A stretch of 64,000 nucleotides of DNA from a virus (lineage: Duplodnaviria > Caudoviricetes), in IMG/VR virus record IMGVR_UViG_3300038441_000626, positions 1,428-65,427 of that record. One strand, given 5' to 3'. The translations under genes were made by a program, and so were the position numbers. This document shows positions 1-9,265 of this stretch, one piece after another (position 1 is the first letter of the stretch; each line of letters opens with the position of its first letter). A model generated the notes under the pieces. It did no database searches and was not told the DNA's origin. It worked only from the letters and a program-made list of their open reading frames with translations.

Positions 1-3000
1 GCTGGTCTCTGCGAAGCGTTCCGACGTGACGCATGAGCTTCTGCGGAAGCTTCTCTTAGCGAAGGGAAAGGGACCAAGACGGTACTGGGTCGATGTGGTC
101 AAGCCGAAACGATCCGGTGCGGCGATGGCCCTATCGCCTTTAGGAGTACTGAAGGCTAAGCGTGAGTTACAGCAGGCTGCTACTCCTGCACAGAAAGCTA
201 AAATACTCGAGAGAATTAGGTGGCTAACCAAACACACACGTAAGGAAAGCAGTGAGGGGTACAACAAATGGGCTAATTTTGCGAAACTTTTAATGGGGCG
301 AGGAGTGCCTATATCGGAAGTCGTTGAGGGAGTTAACCTTCACAAACAAGCAGAGCGCAATGAGATAATGCGCCGCCGTAAAGAGGCGGCAGCGCGACGT
401 GGAAAGCGTTCCAATGTGACGGACTTAGTTCAAGGAATGAGGAACTACGTCACCGAGGAAGGGTACGGCGTCAACGAGGCGCTTCGTTACGGACCAAAGA
501 AGGCTAGGCTTCCTCACGTGAGTGGTGGTCCAAAGGGCGCTCCTCTCCTTAAAGAGCGAGACACGCATGATGCCGCCAAATCCTTAAATAAGCTGTTCCG
601 CGTGGCGCATCCGCTAACGAGACCCCTTGTCGTATATCGTGGCATCCAAGGACTTAACAGGCCTAGACCTAAACCTGGTGAGGTGATTACTGACCCCGGG
701 TTCATGAGTACTGCCGCATCTAAAAGTCAAGCCGCTATGTATGCGGATACGGGAAAGGGCTACATCCTTAAACTGGTAGTACCTGCGGGTACTAAGGTGC
801 TGCGATCACATAAGACAAGCAGTTTTGAGCCGGATGAAGGAGGTTCGTTCTACAAGGACTCTGAGATCATTCTTCCTCCAAGGATGCGCTACAAAGTCGT
901 TGCCCAAACTGGTCCAAACGAGTACACCGCTCACGTGTTGCCTGGTCAGGTGAGGGTGCCGTACGCGTTCGCCTTAAGCCCTGCTCTTCGTGCGAAGCAC
1001 ATGACGCCCACCCAAAGGGCCCGCATAGCTGCTTATCTTAAGAGTCTCTCTCCGTGGGAGAGGAAAAGGGCATACATTTACACGAAGTTAGCTAAGCAGC
1101 CATCAAAACAGCGTACTGGTATCACAGATTTGGTGCAGGGGGCAAAGGACTACGTCAACGAGGAAGGACGTGACATTAATGAGATGCTTCGTCTAGGTCC
1201 CAAAAAGGCGCGATATGATGAGGCTAGCGGTGGTCAGCCGATGCTTACGGAACCTGATCGGCGCAATGCTGCCAGGTCTATGAACAAGCTGTTTCGAGTA
1301 GCTCACCCAATCTCGAAACCCATCGTCGTATATCGTGGCATTCAGGGACTTAGAAGACCGCGTCCTAAAATCGGTCAAGTGATTACTGATCCAGGGTTTA
1401 TGAGCACTTCTGCTCATAAAGGTCAAGCCGCGATGTATAAGCAATCACCTTACGGTGAAGAGTCTAATGTTGGGACCGGATACTTGTTAAAACTCGTGGT
1501 GCCTAAAGGCACCAAGGTGCTGATGACCCACAAAACTATGAACGCTGATGCGGGCTTCGTTACTGACGCCGAGATCGTGTTACCACCCCGAATGCAGTAC
1601 AAAATCGTGTCGCAAGACGGTCCGAACCAGTATACGGCTCACGTGTTGCCCGGGCAGGTGCGAGTGCCCTATGCATTCGCGTTTGCTCCGCCTATCACAG
1701 AAATGTACAGGCAACTTTTAGCTCAAGCACCGCCTAACCAGCGACCTCATCTGATTAACGCTATCAAAAAGGAACATGAAGGGGTCATACGGAGATTCTT
1801 GCGCCCGAGAGCTCGCGGGGAGCCTAACGTAAAGTCCTTACTGGCTAAAGCTTTACAACCGATGGGTGGCGCTGACCCGGAGATGATGAGGTACCTACAG
1901 CGTCTGAAAGAGCGTGCCCGGTACGAACAGTCAAAACCAAAAGTTAAATCCCGTACTGATCTCAGGGACTTGCTAGGCGCAACTAAGGAGTACGTCCACC
2001 ATGCTGGAATCGAGACCAGCAAGCTTCTTCGCGCGGGACCTAAGAAAACTAAATCTGCGCTCAAAGGGACGTATCAGGGCAAGATCGCTGGAGCGATGAA
2101 CAAGCTGTTCAGGATAGCCCATCCGCTCACGAAGCCCATCGTCGTATACCGTGGCGTTAAGGGCGTAAGGAGGCCTGAGCCAAAGATCGGAGACGTGATT
2201 ACCGATGCAGGGTTCATGAGCACCTCTGCGACGTATAAGCAGGCTTTGACATATGCGAAGCATGTAGTTGATCCTGCTTCGTTTACTGGGACGCAGTACA
2301 ACCCGAACGGCTACGTTATAAAAATGGTCGTTCCCGCTGGTACGAAGGTCTTGATGACTCATAAGGCGAAACCGTGGGGAGCATTGAACCCAACTGACGC
2401 GGAGATCGTGTTACCACCGAGGATGCAGTACAAGATCGTATCACACGACGGTCCTGGCCAGTATACGGCTCATGTGCTGCCAGGGCAAACTAGAGTGCCG
2501 TATGCATTCGGATATGATTTAGGCCCTAACCAGCAATCACGCACCTATACTATAGGACCATCTGGTCCAGATGTTTGGGAGCGCACAACTCAGTTCCTAA
2601 GACACGTCAGGGCTAACGGGCAGTTCACGGCGACTATGGGACAGGCGATCGCTAGCAATAATCCCAGAAAAATCTACAGGATAGTACGCGTCACACCGAA
2701 TACCTTTCTTCCGAATTGGGCTAGAGTAAACAAGCTATGGCACATGTTCAGAGTTAAACCGCGTCGCATGGGCGCGGCGATGGGCTACGGCATAGGTGCA
2801 GTCGCAAAACCGCAGGATTTTATCTTCGACGCGTCAGGACCTGACAGAGGTATTGCTCAAGTAAGGAAATTTATCAACGAAGCTGAGAAATTTGGGCAAT
2901 TTGAAACTAAAGCTATGTACGTGCCCGATCCTAAGACGCCTAAACATCTCCAAATAATAGTTCGTGTTACGCCGACTACGTTCAAGGCGAACTGGCGTCG

Positions 3001-3985
3001 ACTGTCTATACTGTGGAATAATCTTAGACATCACCGTACTGTGCGTCGCATGGGCGCGGCAATGGGCTATGGCATAGGTAAAAAACAGGATCCGCGCGTA
3101 TTTGAATTCGACCTATCTGGACCTGATGGCGGTTGGGATCGGATCAATAAATTTAGAAGCATACTTGAGCAATCTGGGCAATTCGTGACGAGTATGGGTT
3201 GGGCTGAACATAAAGCAGGAAGTCCACGTCAAGTAAAGGTTCGTGTTACGCCAACAACATTCAAAATAGACTGGCCTGCAGTAACTAAGTGGTGGCTTAA
3301 GCTAAGGCACTTCCGTAGCGTGCGCCGTATGGGCTACGCGTTCTCGTCGCGCAACAAAGACCCGCAGCATTTACCGACAATCACCAAGAAGGACCTCGCT
3401 AAGGCAGTAGCTCGTGAGCTCGGCATCACCGATGTTCAGTCAGCTAGGGCGCTCCAGTCGCTTCTGGACAATATCTCGATAGGCCTAAAGAACCACGGAC
3501 GTGTCGAGATACGAAACTTTGGGGTCTTCGAGGTGAAGCGATATAACCCCCGTCGATCAGTGTCGCCTCGAACAGGAGAAGAGGTCTATACTGAGGGCAA
3601 ATACACTGTAGTATTTAAGCCCAGTAAGCATAAATTACGGCACCCGGATGCGCATTATCCTCAAAAGCAACGTGGTGTACCGGAATTCCCGCCGTATCCA
3701 AGTGAACCTGACTGGAGAACGCAGGGGCGCGGGTATTATGCGTTCGATTTTGGTGGTGGTGAGCATACAGTATTGTTTCCTTCCGAGGATCTAGCGAGGC
3801 GTTTCATAAAAGAGGCTTTCATGGATCGTGAGGAGCCTCTTGTTGACATGAAATCACTGAAGCCTTACGGAAAATTTTGGGCTGTAAAGTTCGAGCCTGT
3901 CGCCCGCATGATGACCAAGGGCTTAGGTATAATAATTAGGAAGTACCGCGGCAGCCGTGGTGGAGATATGTCATATGTCCGATGA
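1..3985 (+). CDS. Modular polyprotein (5'-partial): 3 tandem VIP2/C3-like ADP-ribosyltransferase domains, 3 copies of an unknown ~90-aa domain, HU/IHF domain, C-terminal small domain
   Basis: Frame is open from the window edge (no stop upstream of GTG at 26). Three copies of YRG...GFMST[AS]...D[SA]EI[IV]LP (R-S-E ART motifs). TKKDLAKAVA...RVEIRNFGVFEV...SPRTGE is an HU/IHF signature. Confidence 0.85.
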   Translation, partial: LVSAKRSDVTHELLRKLLLAKGKGPRRYWVDVVKPKRSGAAMALSPLGVLKAKRELQQAATPAQKAKILERIRWLTKHTRKESSEGYNKWANFAKLLMGRGVPISEVVEGVNLHKQAERNEIMRRRKEAAARRGKRSNVTDLVQGMRNYVTEEGYGVNEALRYGPKKARLPHVSGGPKGAPLLKERDTHDAAKSLNKLFRVAHPLTRPLVVYRGIQGLNRPRPKPGEVITDPGFMSTAASKSQAAMYADTGKGYILKLVVPAGTKVLRSHKTSSFEPDEGGSFYKDSEIILPPRMRYKVVAQTGPNEYTAHVLPGQVRVPYAFALSPALRAKHMTPTQRARIAAYLKSLSPWERKRAYIYTKLAKQPSKQRTGITDLVQGAKDYVNEEGRDINEMLRLGPKKARYDEASGGQPMLTEPDRRNAARSMNKLFRVAHPISKPIVVYRGIQGLRRPRPKIGQVITDPGFMSTSAHKGQAAMYKQSPYGEESNVGTGYLLKLVVPKGTKVLMTHKTMNADAGFVTDAEIVLPPRMQYKIVSQDGPNQYTAHVLPGQVRVPYAFAFAPPITEMYRQLLAQAPPNQRPHLINAIKKEHEGVIRRFLRPRARGEPNVKSLLAKALQPMGGADPEMMRYLQRLKERARYEQSKPKVKSRTDLRDLLGATKEYVHHAGIETSKLLRAGPKKTKSALKGTYQGKIAGAMNKLFRIAHPLTKPIVVYRGVKGVRRPEPKIGDVITDAGFMSTSATYKQALTYAKHVVDPASFTGTQYNPNGYVIKMVVPAGTKVLMTHKAKPWGALNPTDAEIVLPPRMQYKIVSHDGPGQYTAHVLPGQTRVPYAFGYDLGPNQQSRTYTIGPSGPDVWERTTQFLRHVRANGQFTATMGQAIASNNPRKIYRIVRVTPNTFLPNWARVNKLWHMFRVKPRRMGAAMGYGIGAVAKPQDFIFDASGPDRGIAQVRKFINEAEKFGQFETKAMYVPDPKTPKHLQIIVRVTPTTFKANWRRLSILWNNLRHHRTVRRMGAAMGYGIGKKQDPRVFEFDLSGPDGGWDRINKFRSILEQSGQFVTSMGWAEHKAGSPRQVKVRVTPTTFKIDWPAVTKWWLKLRHFRSVRRMGYAFSSRNKDPQHLPTITKKDLAKAVARELGITDVQSARALQSLLDNISIGLKNHGRVEIRNFGVFEVKRYNPRRSVSPRTGEEVYTEGKYTVVFKPSKHKLRHPDAHYPQKQRGVPEFPPYPSEPDWRTQGRGYYAFDFGGGEHTVLFPSEDLARRFIKEAFMDREEPLVDMKSLKPYGKFWAVKFEPVARMMTKGLGIIIRKYRGSRGGDMSYVR
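418..2509 (+). repeat. Three intragenic repeats encoding ART domains (~418-970, ~1123-1678, ~1954-2509)
   Basis: Near-identical DNA/protein blocks NKLFR[VI]AHP...VVYRG...ITDxGFMST...YTAHVLPGQxRVPYAF. Confidence 0.9.
2510..3342 (+). repeat. Three intragenic ~90-aa repeats of unknown function
   Basis: Each unit has SGPD...GQF...VRVTPxTF...W and ends in RRMG(AAMG/YAFS). Confidence 0.85.
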
Positions 3986-6900
3986 ACCCAACAGGCCCAT
4001 CAAGACTGTTCTTTATTTCGACAAGAGGAATAGGGCGGCCGAGGCCGCGGAGTACTTGAAGTCCAAGGGCTGTACGATACGTTATGACTTCAAGAAGAAC
4101 GGCCTCAAGGTCGGTGTCGTAGGCCCGAGGGCAGTCATCAACCAGTGCATGCTTAAGCACAAGGGGATACCTGTGCCGAGAGATCAACGTAAAATGAAGC
4201 AGCGACCTATGGCATTCGCAAATCCGGGGCGTCCTCGTAGCGGCAACATAAATCCGGCGCTACAGCAGCCGGGCGCTCCGCACAGCATGGGCATAGGACC
4301 TGGACCGCATCCTGGGGACCAGTACGATATGCTCCTCGACTGGTCACTCAAGTTCAAGAAGCCGACGTATGCGGAGAAAGTTCTTGTCGCGCTTCGACAA
4401 CAAAGAGTTCAAGCTATAAGTCCCTCAGCGCACCAGGTCATCATCAGCGGCATCACTCAGCAGCAGATGAATCGGATCATGGAGTGGCGCGTCGAGGTGC
4501 CGGCGTTTAGCGGCAACAAAAAGGACAAGCCACAGATTTTGCCGATCGGGGCGATGGCAGGATACGTAGCGACACCTCAGTACGGCTCGCAGCGCACGCC
4601 CGACGTCGGCCGGTACAGTGATCCTTCGAAGAGTGCCGGAGAAACTGCAGTAGAGTTCATCGTTGACTTCGGATCAACTGTGGGCGCTGAGGCGGCCATA
4701 GCAGCCCTGGTGGGGTACGGCATCGTCAATATAAACAGCGATGGGCTGGGTCGTCTAGCGTTCGGGGCTAAAATAGTGTTTATGAAAACTTTGCAGACTA
4801 TCTTCAAAAGGTATAACGCTCGATCAGTAAAGACGAAAACTCACAAGGGCAAACCTCGAACTCCGCCTCTTAAGGGTGGGCGACCAATCTCACAGGCGCC
4901 CCAAGCTCCGTGGTATAGGAGGATGTTTGCTAAGAAGCCTCCGTTCAAACCGCCGACTGTTTCGCCCTCGATGTACACGAAAGGTCCTACTACTTCAGGA
5001 CCTAGAGACACGTTACCGGAGCTGCCGCCGCTCGTGGGCGGTACTGATCTGCCGAGATCAGGGCATCGTAGACCGCCGATCATTCAACCTCCGAAGGCCC
5101 CAAAGGGCAAGCAAAAAGCTTCAGGATACAGATTCAGGAAGAAGGGTCTCGCTTTCGGTCACACCCTTGACCTTGATAATGTGAAGTTCGGCTTGGAGCC
5201 CTGGACTATCGCGTACGCGATCTTGGATTTCATGTCCGGCGGCGAGGGCACTGTTGCGGCTACTAGGTATCTCGTCGACAAGGGACACAAAGCATCGCGA
5301 GTCGCTAAGAACAAGATCGCTGTCTCTGTTCGTAACATTAAGGACAGTCAGCGTGTTAAACGTCTCGCGGAGCAGATGGGTGCTGCGGTTCGCTTTGTGA
5401 AGAAGGGTCGCTCGGGTAAGGGCATGGACCTGCAGCGTGCTCCCGTTCAGAGACTTCCAAGGAGAATAGAAGTCCAGGTGCCGGAGTCGATCGCTCGTCA
5501 CGTCATCAAGATGTTGAAGCGAAAAAATTATAACTACGACGTTCAGGCGCCCGAACATCTTCCTGGAGCGGGTACGCAGTTCGTTATCAGTATCACTGAC
5601 CCTGATAAGGGTATCGCAGCATGGCTCATGCATCAGGGCGTTAAGCTCCTGCGATCTCATCCGTTCGGGATGGGTCTTGCCGGTGAAGCTCCTAGCCCCG
5701 GCATCTGGGATGTATACAAGTATGCTACGCCTAGGGCCGCCGCCGAAGCTGCTCTGGAGCTCCACAGGAAGGGCTTCACGGTGTCCAATCAGGGCACCAA
5801 GATCGGTATTAGGGAAGTCGAAGGTATTGACCCCAAACGGGCTAACTACTTAGCTCTGAAACTTGGCGGTAAGCAGGTCGCGAGTGCTACTACGCTCTGG
5901 AAGGGTCCGCCGCCGAGGCACACGCCAGTCGTCGGTCCTCTACTCGGTCGCTACGCAGCACGTAAGAAAGAACTCGAGGCCCAGTACGCACCACAGCCGG
6001 CTGCTCCTGCAGGACCCGCACAGGTGCAGGGCAAGCCCGAGTGGGACATTTACAAGTTTCAGTTCAAGAGTCCTTATACTGCGTTAAAGCATCTGGAGAA
6101 AAGGGGCTTTACGGCGTCGGTGATGAACAACATGCTGTTTGTTCTCTTTGAGACCGGCCGCAATATGAGTGGTGCGGTGCAGATTCTCCAGAAGCTAGGC
6201 GGTCAGCACGTCGCGGGTAACGTGCCGTTCGAGGTCCCAGTCGGACAGCAGATGCGAGGAAGGTTTACCGGTACTGGGCCCAAGAAAGTCAGTCTGGGCT
6301 ACGGATCGGCGTTTCGTTATGCTGCGCCTCACATCGGGCGCTTCGTACGAGGGGCTGCTCGCCACGCTTGGACCGGTGGCAAGTTCCTCACCGCCCAGAT
6401 CGCTAACATAGTGTCGTTTACTGCACTCTCTGCAGCGATCGAGCAAATCGGCGCCCGATTAACGAGATCAGGTGACCAGGTGCAAGTGCAGGGGTCGCCC
6501 GAGCAGTTAGCTCTAGCAAAGGAGATCATCGAGGGCGCTGGCGGCAAGGTCAAGATGGGCATGGGCTTTGGTCTTGCGGGTGTTCCGTCAACTAAGAGGG
6601 TTGTTCCGGGATATAGAAGTAAAACATGGGCCTGGGGAAAAGTACCGCCTGAACCTCTTCCTCCTAACTGGAAAGAACGAGCTAAGCAAGCTAAGAAAGC
6701 AACAGGTGAATGGTGGAATAGACGAAGTGAGCCGTTCAAGGCGATCTCTGCTCTAGCTGGCGTCGGACTGTTATACGTCCCGATCGGGTCAGCGATCATG
6801 ACTGCATTTGAGCTGGCAGGTATTCCGTTTGAGCGCGTCGGGAACTACCTCGCTGTCAAGTCCGCTGGTATTAAAACTGAAGCGGAAGTACGACGTATTG

Positions 6901-7949
6901 CTGAAGAGAACGGCGTAAAGGTCATCAAAAAGGGTAAAAAGAACGCGGACGTGGCGTTTGCAGCTAACCCGCCGGGGTTTGATCAAGTTTGGGAAGCATA
7001 TAATGCAGGACAGGCAAAGGCTAACAGGATTCGTACGATCTATACAATCACAGCCTTGTCTGTTGGCGCTACGCTGAACATAATGGCAAAGCTTGGTCAG
7101 GCTAAGATCGACGCGAGAAAGATCGACAAGTTTACTGTTAGCACTGAGCCAAAAACTGAAGCACAGCGCGAGAGAGTTCTGGCTATTGCTAGAAAATACC
7201 ACGCCACTATAGGTCAACAAGTCAAGGACTATTTCAAGGGTCGGTCGACTATCAGGAATGTAAGTGATACTCTATTTGGTGGCGGCGTGGCTGGTATCAT
7301 CGGGGCTGGACTTACTGTGAGATTCTTGATCAAGCACCCACAGGCTGCTAAGGCTACCGCGGCATTCATCCGAAGACTCGCGGCGATGGGCGCTAAGATG
7401 CGTGGCGTAAGTCCCAGAACGGGTACTGTGGTGACCCAGTTGACTCCAGAGCAACTGGCGCAGATTAAACCAGTCTTGAACAAGTACGGCGCTAAAGCTA
7501 CCAGCATCAGACCGGTTCCTGGACAGAAGCGCATTGGGGGTCCCACGTTGACCAGTCAGGCGAGGAACGCTGCATTCGGATTCGCTGATGCTTTTCCTCC
7601 AGACCCGTTCTATAATACTGCATCGCGGCGCGCAGAACGCGCTTGGAACCGTACTAAAGAAACTGCAGGAGAAGCTTGGAACTATCATAGTAAGAAACGA
7701 CCGCTCGTAGTCATAGGTCTAGTGGGCGTAGCCTTTTACTTTGCGCTTAAAGGTCTTGTCGCGGCTGGGATTGCCGCTAAAAGAGTCGGCGATAAAATCG
7801 TCGTTAAACTTAAAGGTTCTCCAGAAGAACAGAAAGCGCAAAAAGCAAAAGTTCAGCAAATCGTACAGGATGCGAAGAGCCAAGCAAAGTACGCCGCGTT
7901 CGACTTCACTCATAAGGTTCAGTGCCACCCGACGATCAGCGTGACGTAG
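3975..7949 (+). CDS. Large basic modular protein (about a dozen divergent small alpha/beta units, some with hydrophobic segments); putative internal virion polyprotein
   Basis: 1330-aa ORF; likely start ATG 3975 after GGAG; Lys/Arg-rich; units separated by AF[AGD]/xMG motifs. Confidence 0.7.
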   Translation: MSDEPNRPIKTVLYFDKRNRAAEAAEYLKSKGCTIRYDFKKNGLKVGVVGPRAVINQCMLKHKGIPVPRDQRKMKQRPMAFANPGRPRSGNINPALQQPGAPHSMGIGPGPHPGDQYDMLLDWSLKFKKPTYAEKVLVALRQQRVQAISPSAHQVIISGITQQQMNRIMEWRVEVPAFSGNKKDKPQILPIGAMAGYVATPQYGSQRTPDVGRYSDPSKSAGETAVEFIVDFGSTVGAEAAIAALVGYGIVNINSDGLGRLAFGAKIVFMKTLQTIFKRYNARSVKTKTHKGKPRTPPLKGGRPISQAPQAPWYRRMFAKKPPFKPPTVSPSMYTKGPTTSGPRDTLPELPPLVGGTDLPRSGHRRPPIIQPPKAPKGKQKASGYRFRKKGLAFGHTLDLDNVKFGLEPWTIAYAILDFMSGGEGTVAATRYLVDKGHKASRVAKNKIAVSVRNIKDSQRVKRLAEQMGAAVRFVKKGRSGKGMDLQRAPVQRLPRRIEVQVPESIARHVIKMLKRKNYNYDVQAPEHLPGAGTQFVISITDPDKGIAAWLMHQGVKLLRSHPFGMGLAGEAPSPGIWDVYKYATPRAAAEAALELHRKGFTVSNQGTKIGIREVEGIDPKRANYLALKLGGKQVASATTLWKGPPPRHTPVVGPLLGRYAARKKELEAQYAPQPAAPAGPAQVQGKPEWDIYKFQFKSPYTALKHLEKRGFTASVMNNMLFVLFETGRNMSGAVQILQKLGGQHVAGNVPFEVPVGQQMRGRFTGTGPKKVSLGYGSAFRYAAPHIGRFVRGAARHAWTGGKFLTAQIANIVSFTALSAAIEQIGARLTRSGDQVQVQGSPEQLALAKEIIEGAGGKVKMGMGFGLAGVPSTKRVVPGYRSKTWAWGKVPPEPLPPNWKERAKQAKKATGEWWNRRSEPFKAISALAGVGLLYVPIGSAIMTAFELAGIPFERVGNYLAVKSAGIKTEAEVRRIAEENGVKVIKKGKKNADVAFAANPPGFDQVWEAYNAGQAKANRIRTIYTITALSVGATLNIMAKLGQAKIDARKIDKFTVSTEPKTEAQRERVLAIARKYHATIGQQVKDYFKGRSTIRNVSDTLFGGGVAGIIGAGLTVRFLIKHPQAAKATAAFIRRLAAMGAKMRGVSPRTGTVVTQLTPEQLAQIKPVLNKYGAKATSIRPVPGQKRIGGPTLTSQARNAAFGFADAFPPDPFYNTASRRAERAWNRTKETAGEAWNYHSKKRPLVVIGLVGVAFYFALKGLVAAGIAAKRVGDKIVVKLKGSPEEQKAQKAKVQQIVQDAKSQAKYAAFDFTHKVQCHPTISVT

Positions 7950-9265
7950 TGCTAACTGACGCCTGGTACCCATTGAGGCATCACCCGCTGCAGGCCCAGC
8001 TCTGGCGAACCAGAGCCCGCTTTGTAGCTGCGGCCTGCGGTCGGGGTTCTGGAAAAACAGAATTAGCCAGGCGGCGGGTGATTCGGTATCTTCCGGTGAA
8101 GAAACCCTGGTCGAATCCGATGTACTTCTACGCGCTGCCCACGCATCAGCAGGCCAAACGCGTAGCTTGGGACTATCTGAAGTCCTTGGTGCCTAAGGAG
8201 TGGCTAAAATCTGCGCCTAGCGAGAGCGAGTTGCTCATCAGGACTATCTTCGGTAGCACGTTACACCTCGTCGGCATGGATAAACCCCAACGAATTGAGG
8301 GTAATCAGTGGGACGGCGGCGTGGTCGATGAGAGCTGCGATCAGAAGCCTGGACACTTTGATCGGTCGATACGCCCAGCACTCAGTCACCGGAACGGCTG
8401 GTGCTGGCGTATCGGTGTTCCTAAGAGGTGGGGTCCTGGTGCTGCAGAGTTCAAATCAATCTGGGAGGAGTGGGGTAGCGGGAAGTTCGGTGATAATTAC
8501 GAGTCCTACACGTGGCCGTCGGGTGACATTTTACTCCCGGACGAAATCGAGGACGTAAAGCGAACACTGGACCAGAAAGACTTCGAGGAGCAGTACGGCG
8601 CCATCTGGCAAGGCACCTCAGGACTTGTGTTCTACGCCTTTGATGAGAAACTTAATGTCTCGGATAATGTCAAGTACGATCCCGGGCGCCCTCTACTGGT
8701 CGGGAGTGACTTCAATGTGGATCCCATGGCGTGGGTCGTCGGCCAGTACTACGACCCGGGTCCAATCAATAAAAGCGGGCCAGAGTTCCATTTCTTCGAC
8801 GAGATTTTCCTGCGAAATACCAACACCCAAAAGACCTTGAACCATCTGCACCACAAATATCAGGGGCACCAGATGGGTTGGCGGTTCCTTGGAGACGCAA
8901 CTGCTCGGGCAAGGAATACTAGAGCTTCGTCGAGTGACTACGCCCAGATTCTGAACGATCTGAGGTTTTTGAACTCAAAAGTGATGTATCCGCAGAGCAA
9001 TCCTGCTAGAGCAGATCGCTTTGCTGCATCTAATGCGATTCTGTGCAATGCTGCAGGTCAAAGACGCTGCTACTTGCACCCGAAATGTGTGAACTTGATC
9101 CAGGATCTGTCGTCTCGGGCCTACGAGCCTGGGTCTCGTGAACCAGATGACCACGATGACATCGGGCACATTACCGATGCCTTTGGGTACGTTATACACT
9201 ATCTGAAGCCGATCGCCGCAGCGCCTTACACGTCTGTTCCGCAGATTTACGTAGACGTAGCATGA
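7922..9265 (+). CDS. terL: Terminase large subunit
   Basis: Walker A GRGSGKT, Walker B VVDE, nuclease GSDFN and C-terminal HITDAFGY. Confidence 0.95.
   Translation: MPPDDQRDVVLTDAWYPLRHHPLQAQLWRTRARFVAAACGRGSGKTELARRRVIRYLPVKKPWSNPMYFYALPTHQQAKRVAWDYLKSLVPKEWLKSAPSESELLIRTIFGSTLHLVGMDKPQRIEGNQWDGGVVDESCDQKPGHFDRSIRPALSHRNGWCWRIGVPKRWGPGAAEFKSIWEEWGSGKFGDNYESYTWPSGDILLPDEIEDVKRTLDQKDFEEQYGAIWQGTSGLVFYAFDEKLNVSDNVKYDPGRPLLVGSDFNVDPMAWVVGQYYDPGPINKSGPEFHFFDEIFLRNTNTQKTLNHLHHKYQGHQMGWRFLGDATARARNTRASSSDYAQILNDLRFLNSKVMYPQSNPARADRFAASNAILCNAAGQRRCYLHPKCVNLIQDLSSRAYEPGSREPDDHDDIGHITDAFGYVIHYLKPIAAAPYTSVPQIYVDVA

Noticed and set aside
418-3342. CRISPR array or DGR template/variable repeats
   Set aside because: Repeats are in-frame protein domains with differences not confined to adenines; no reverse transcriptase or cas gene seen.
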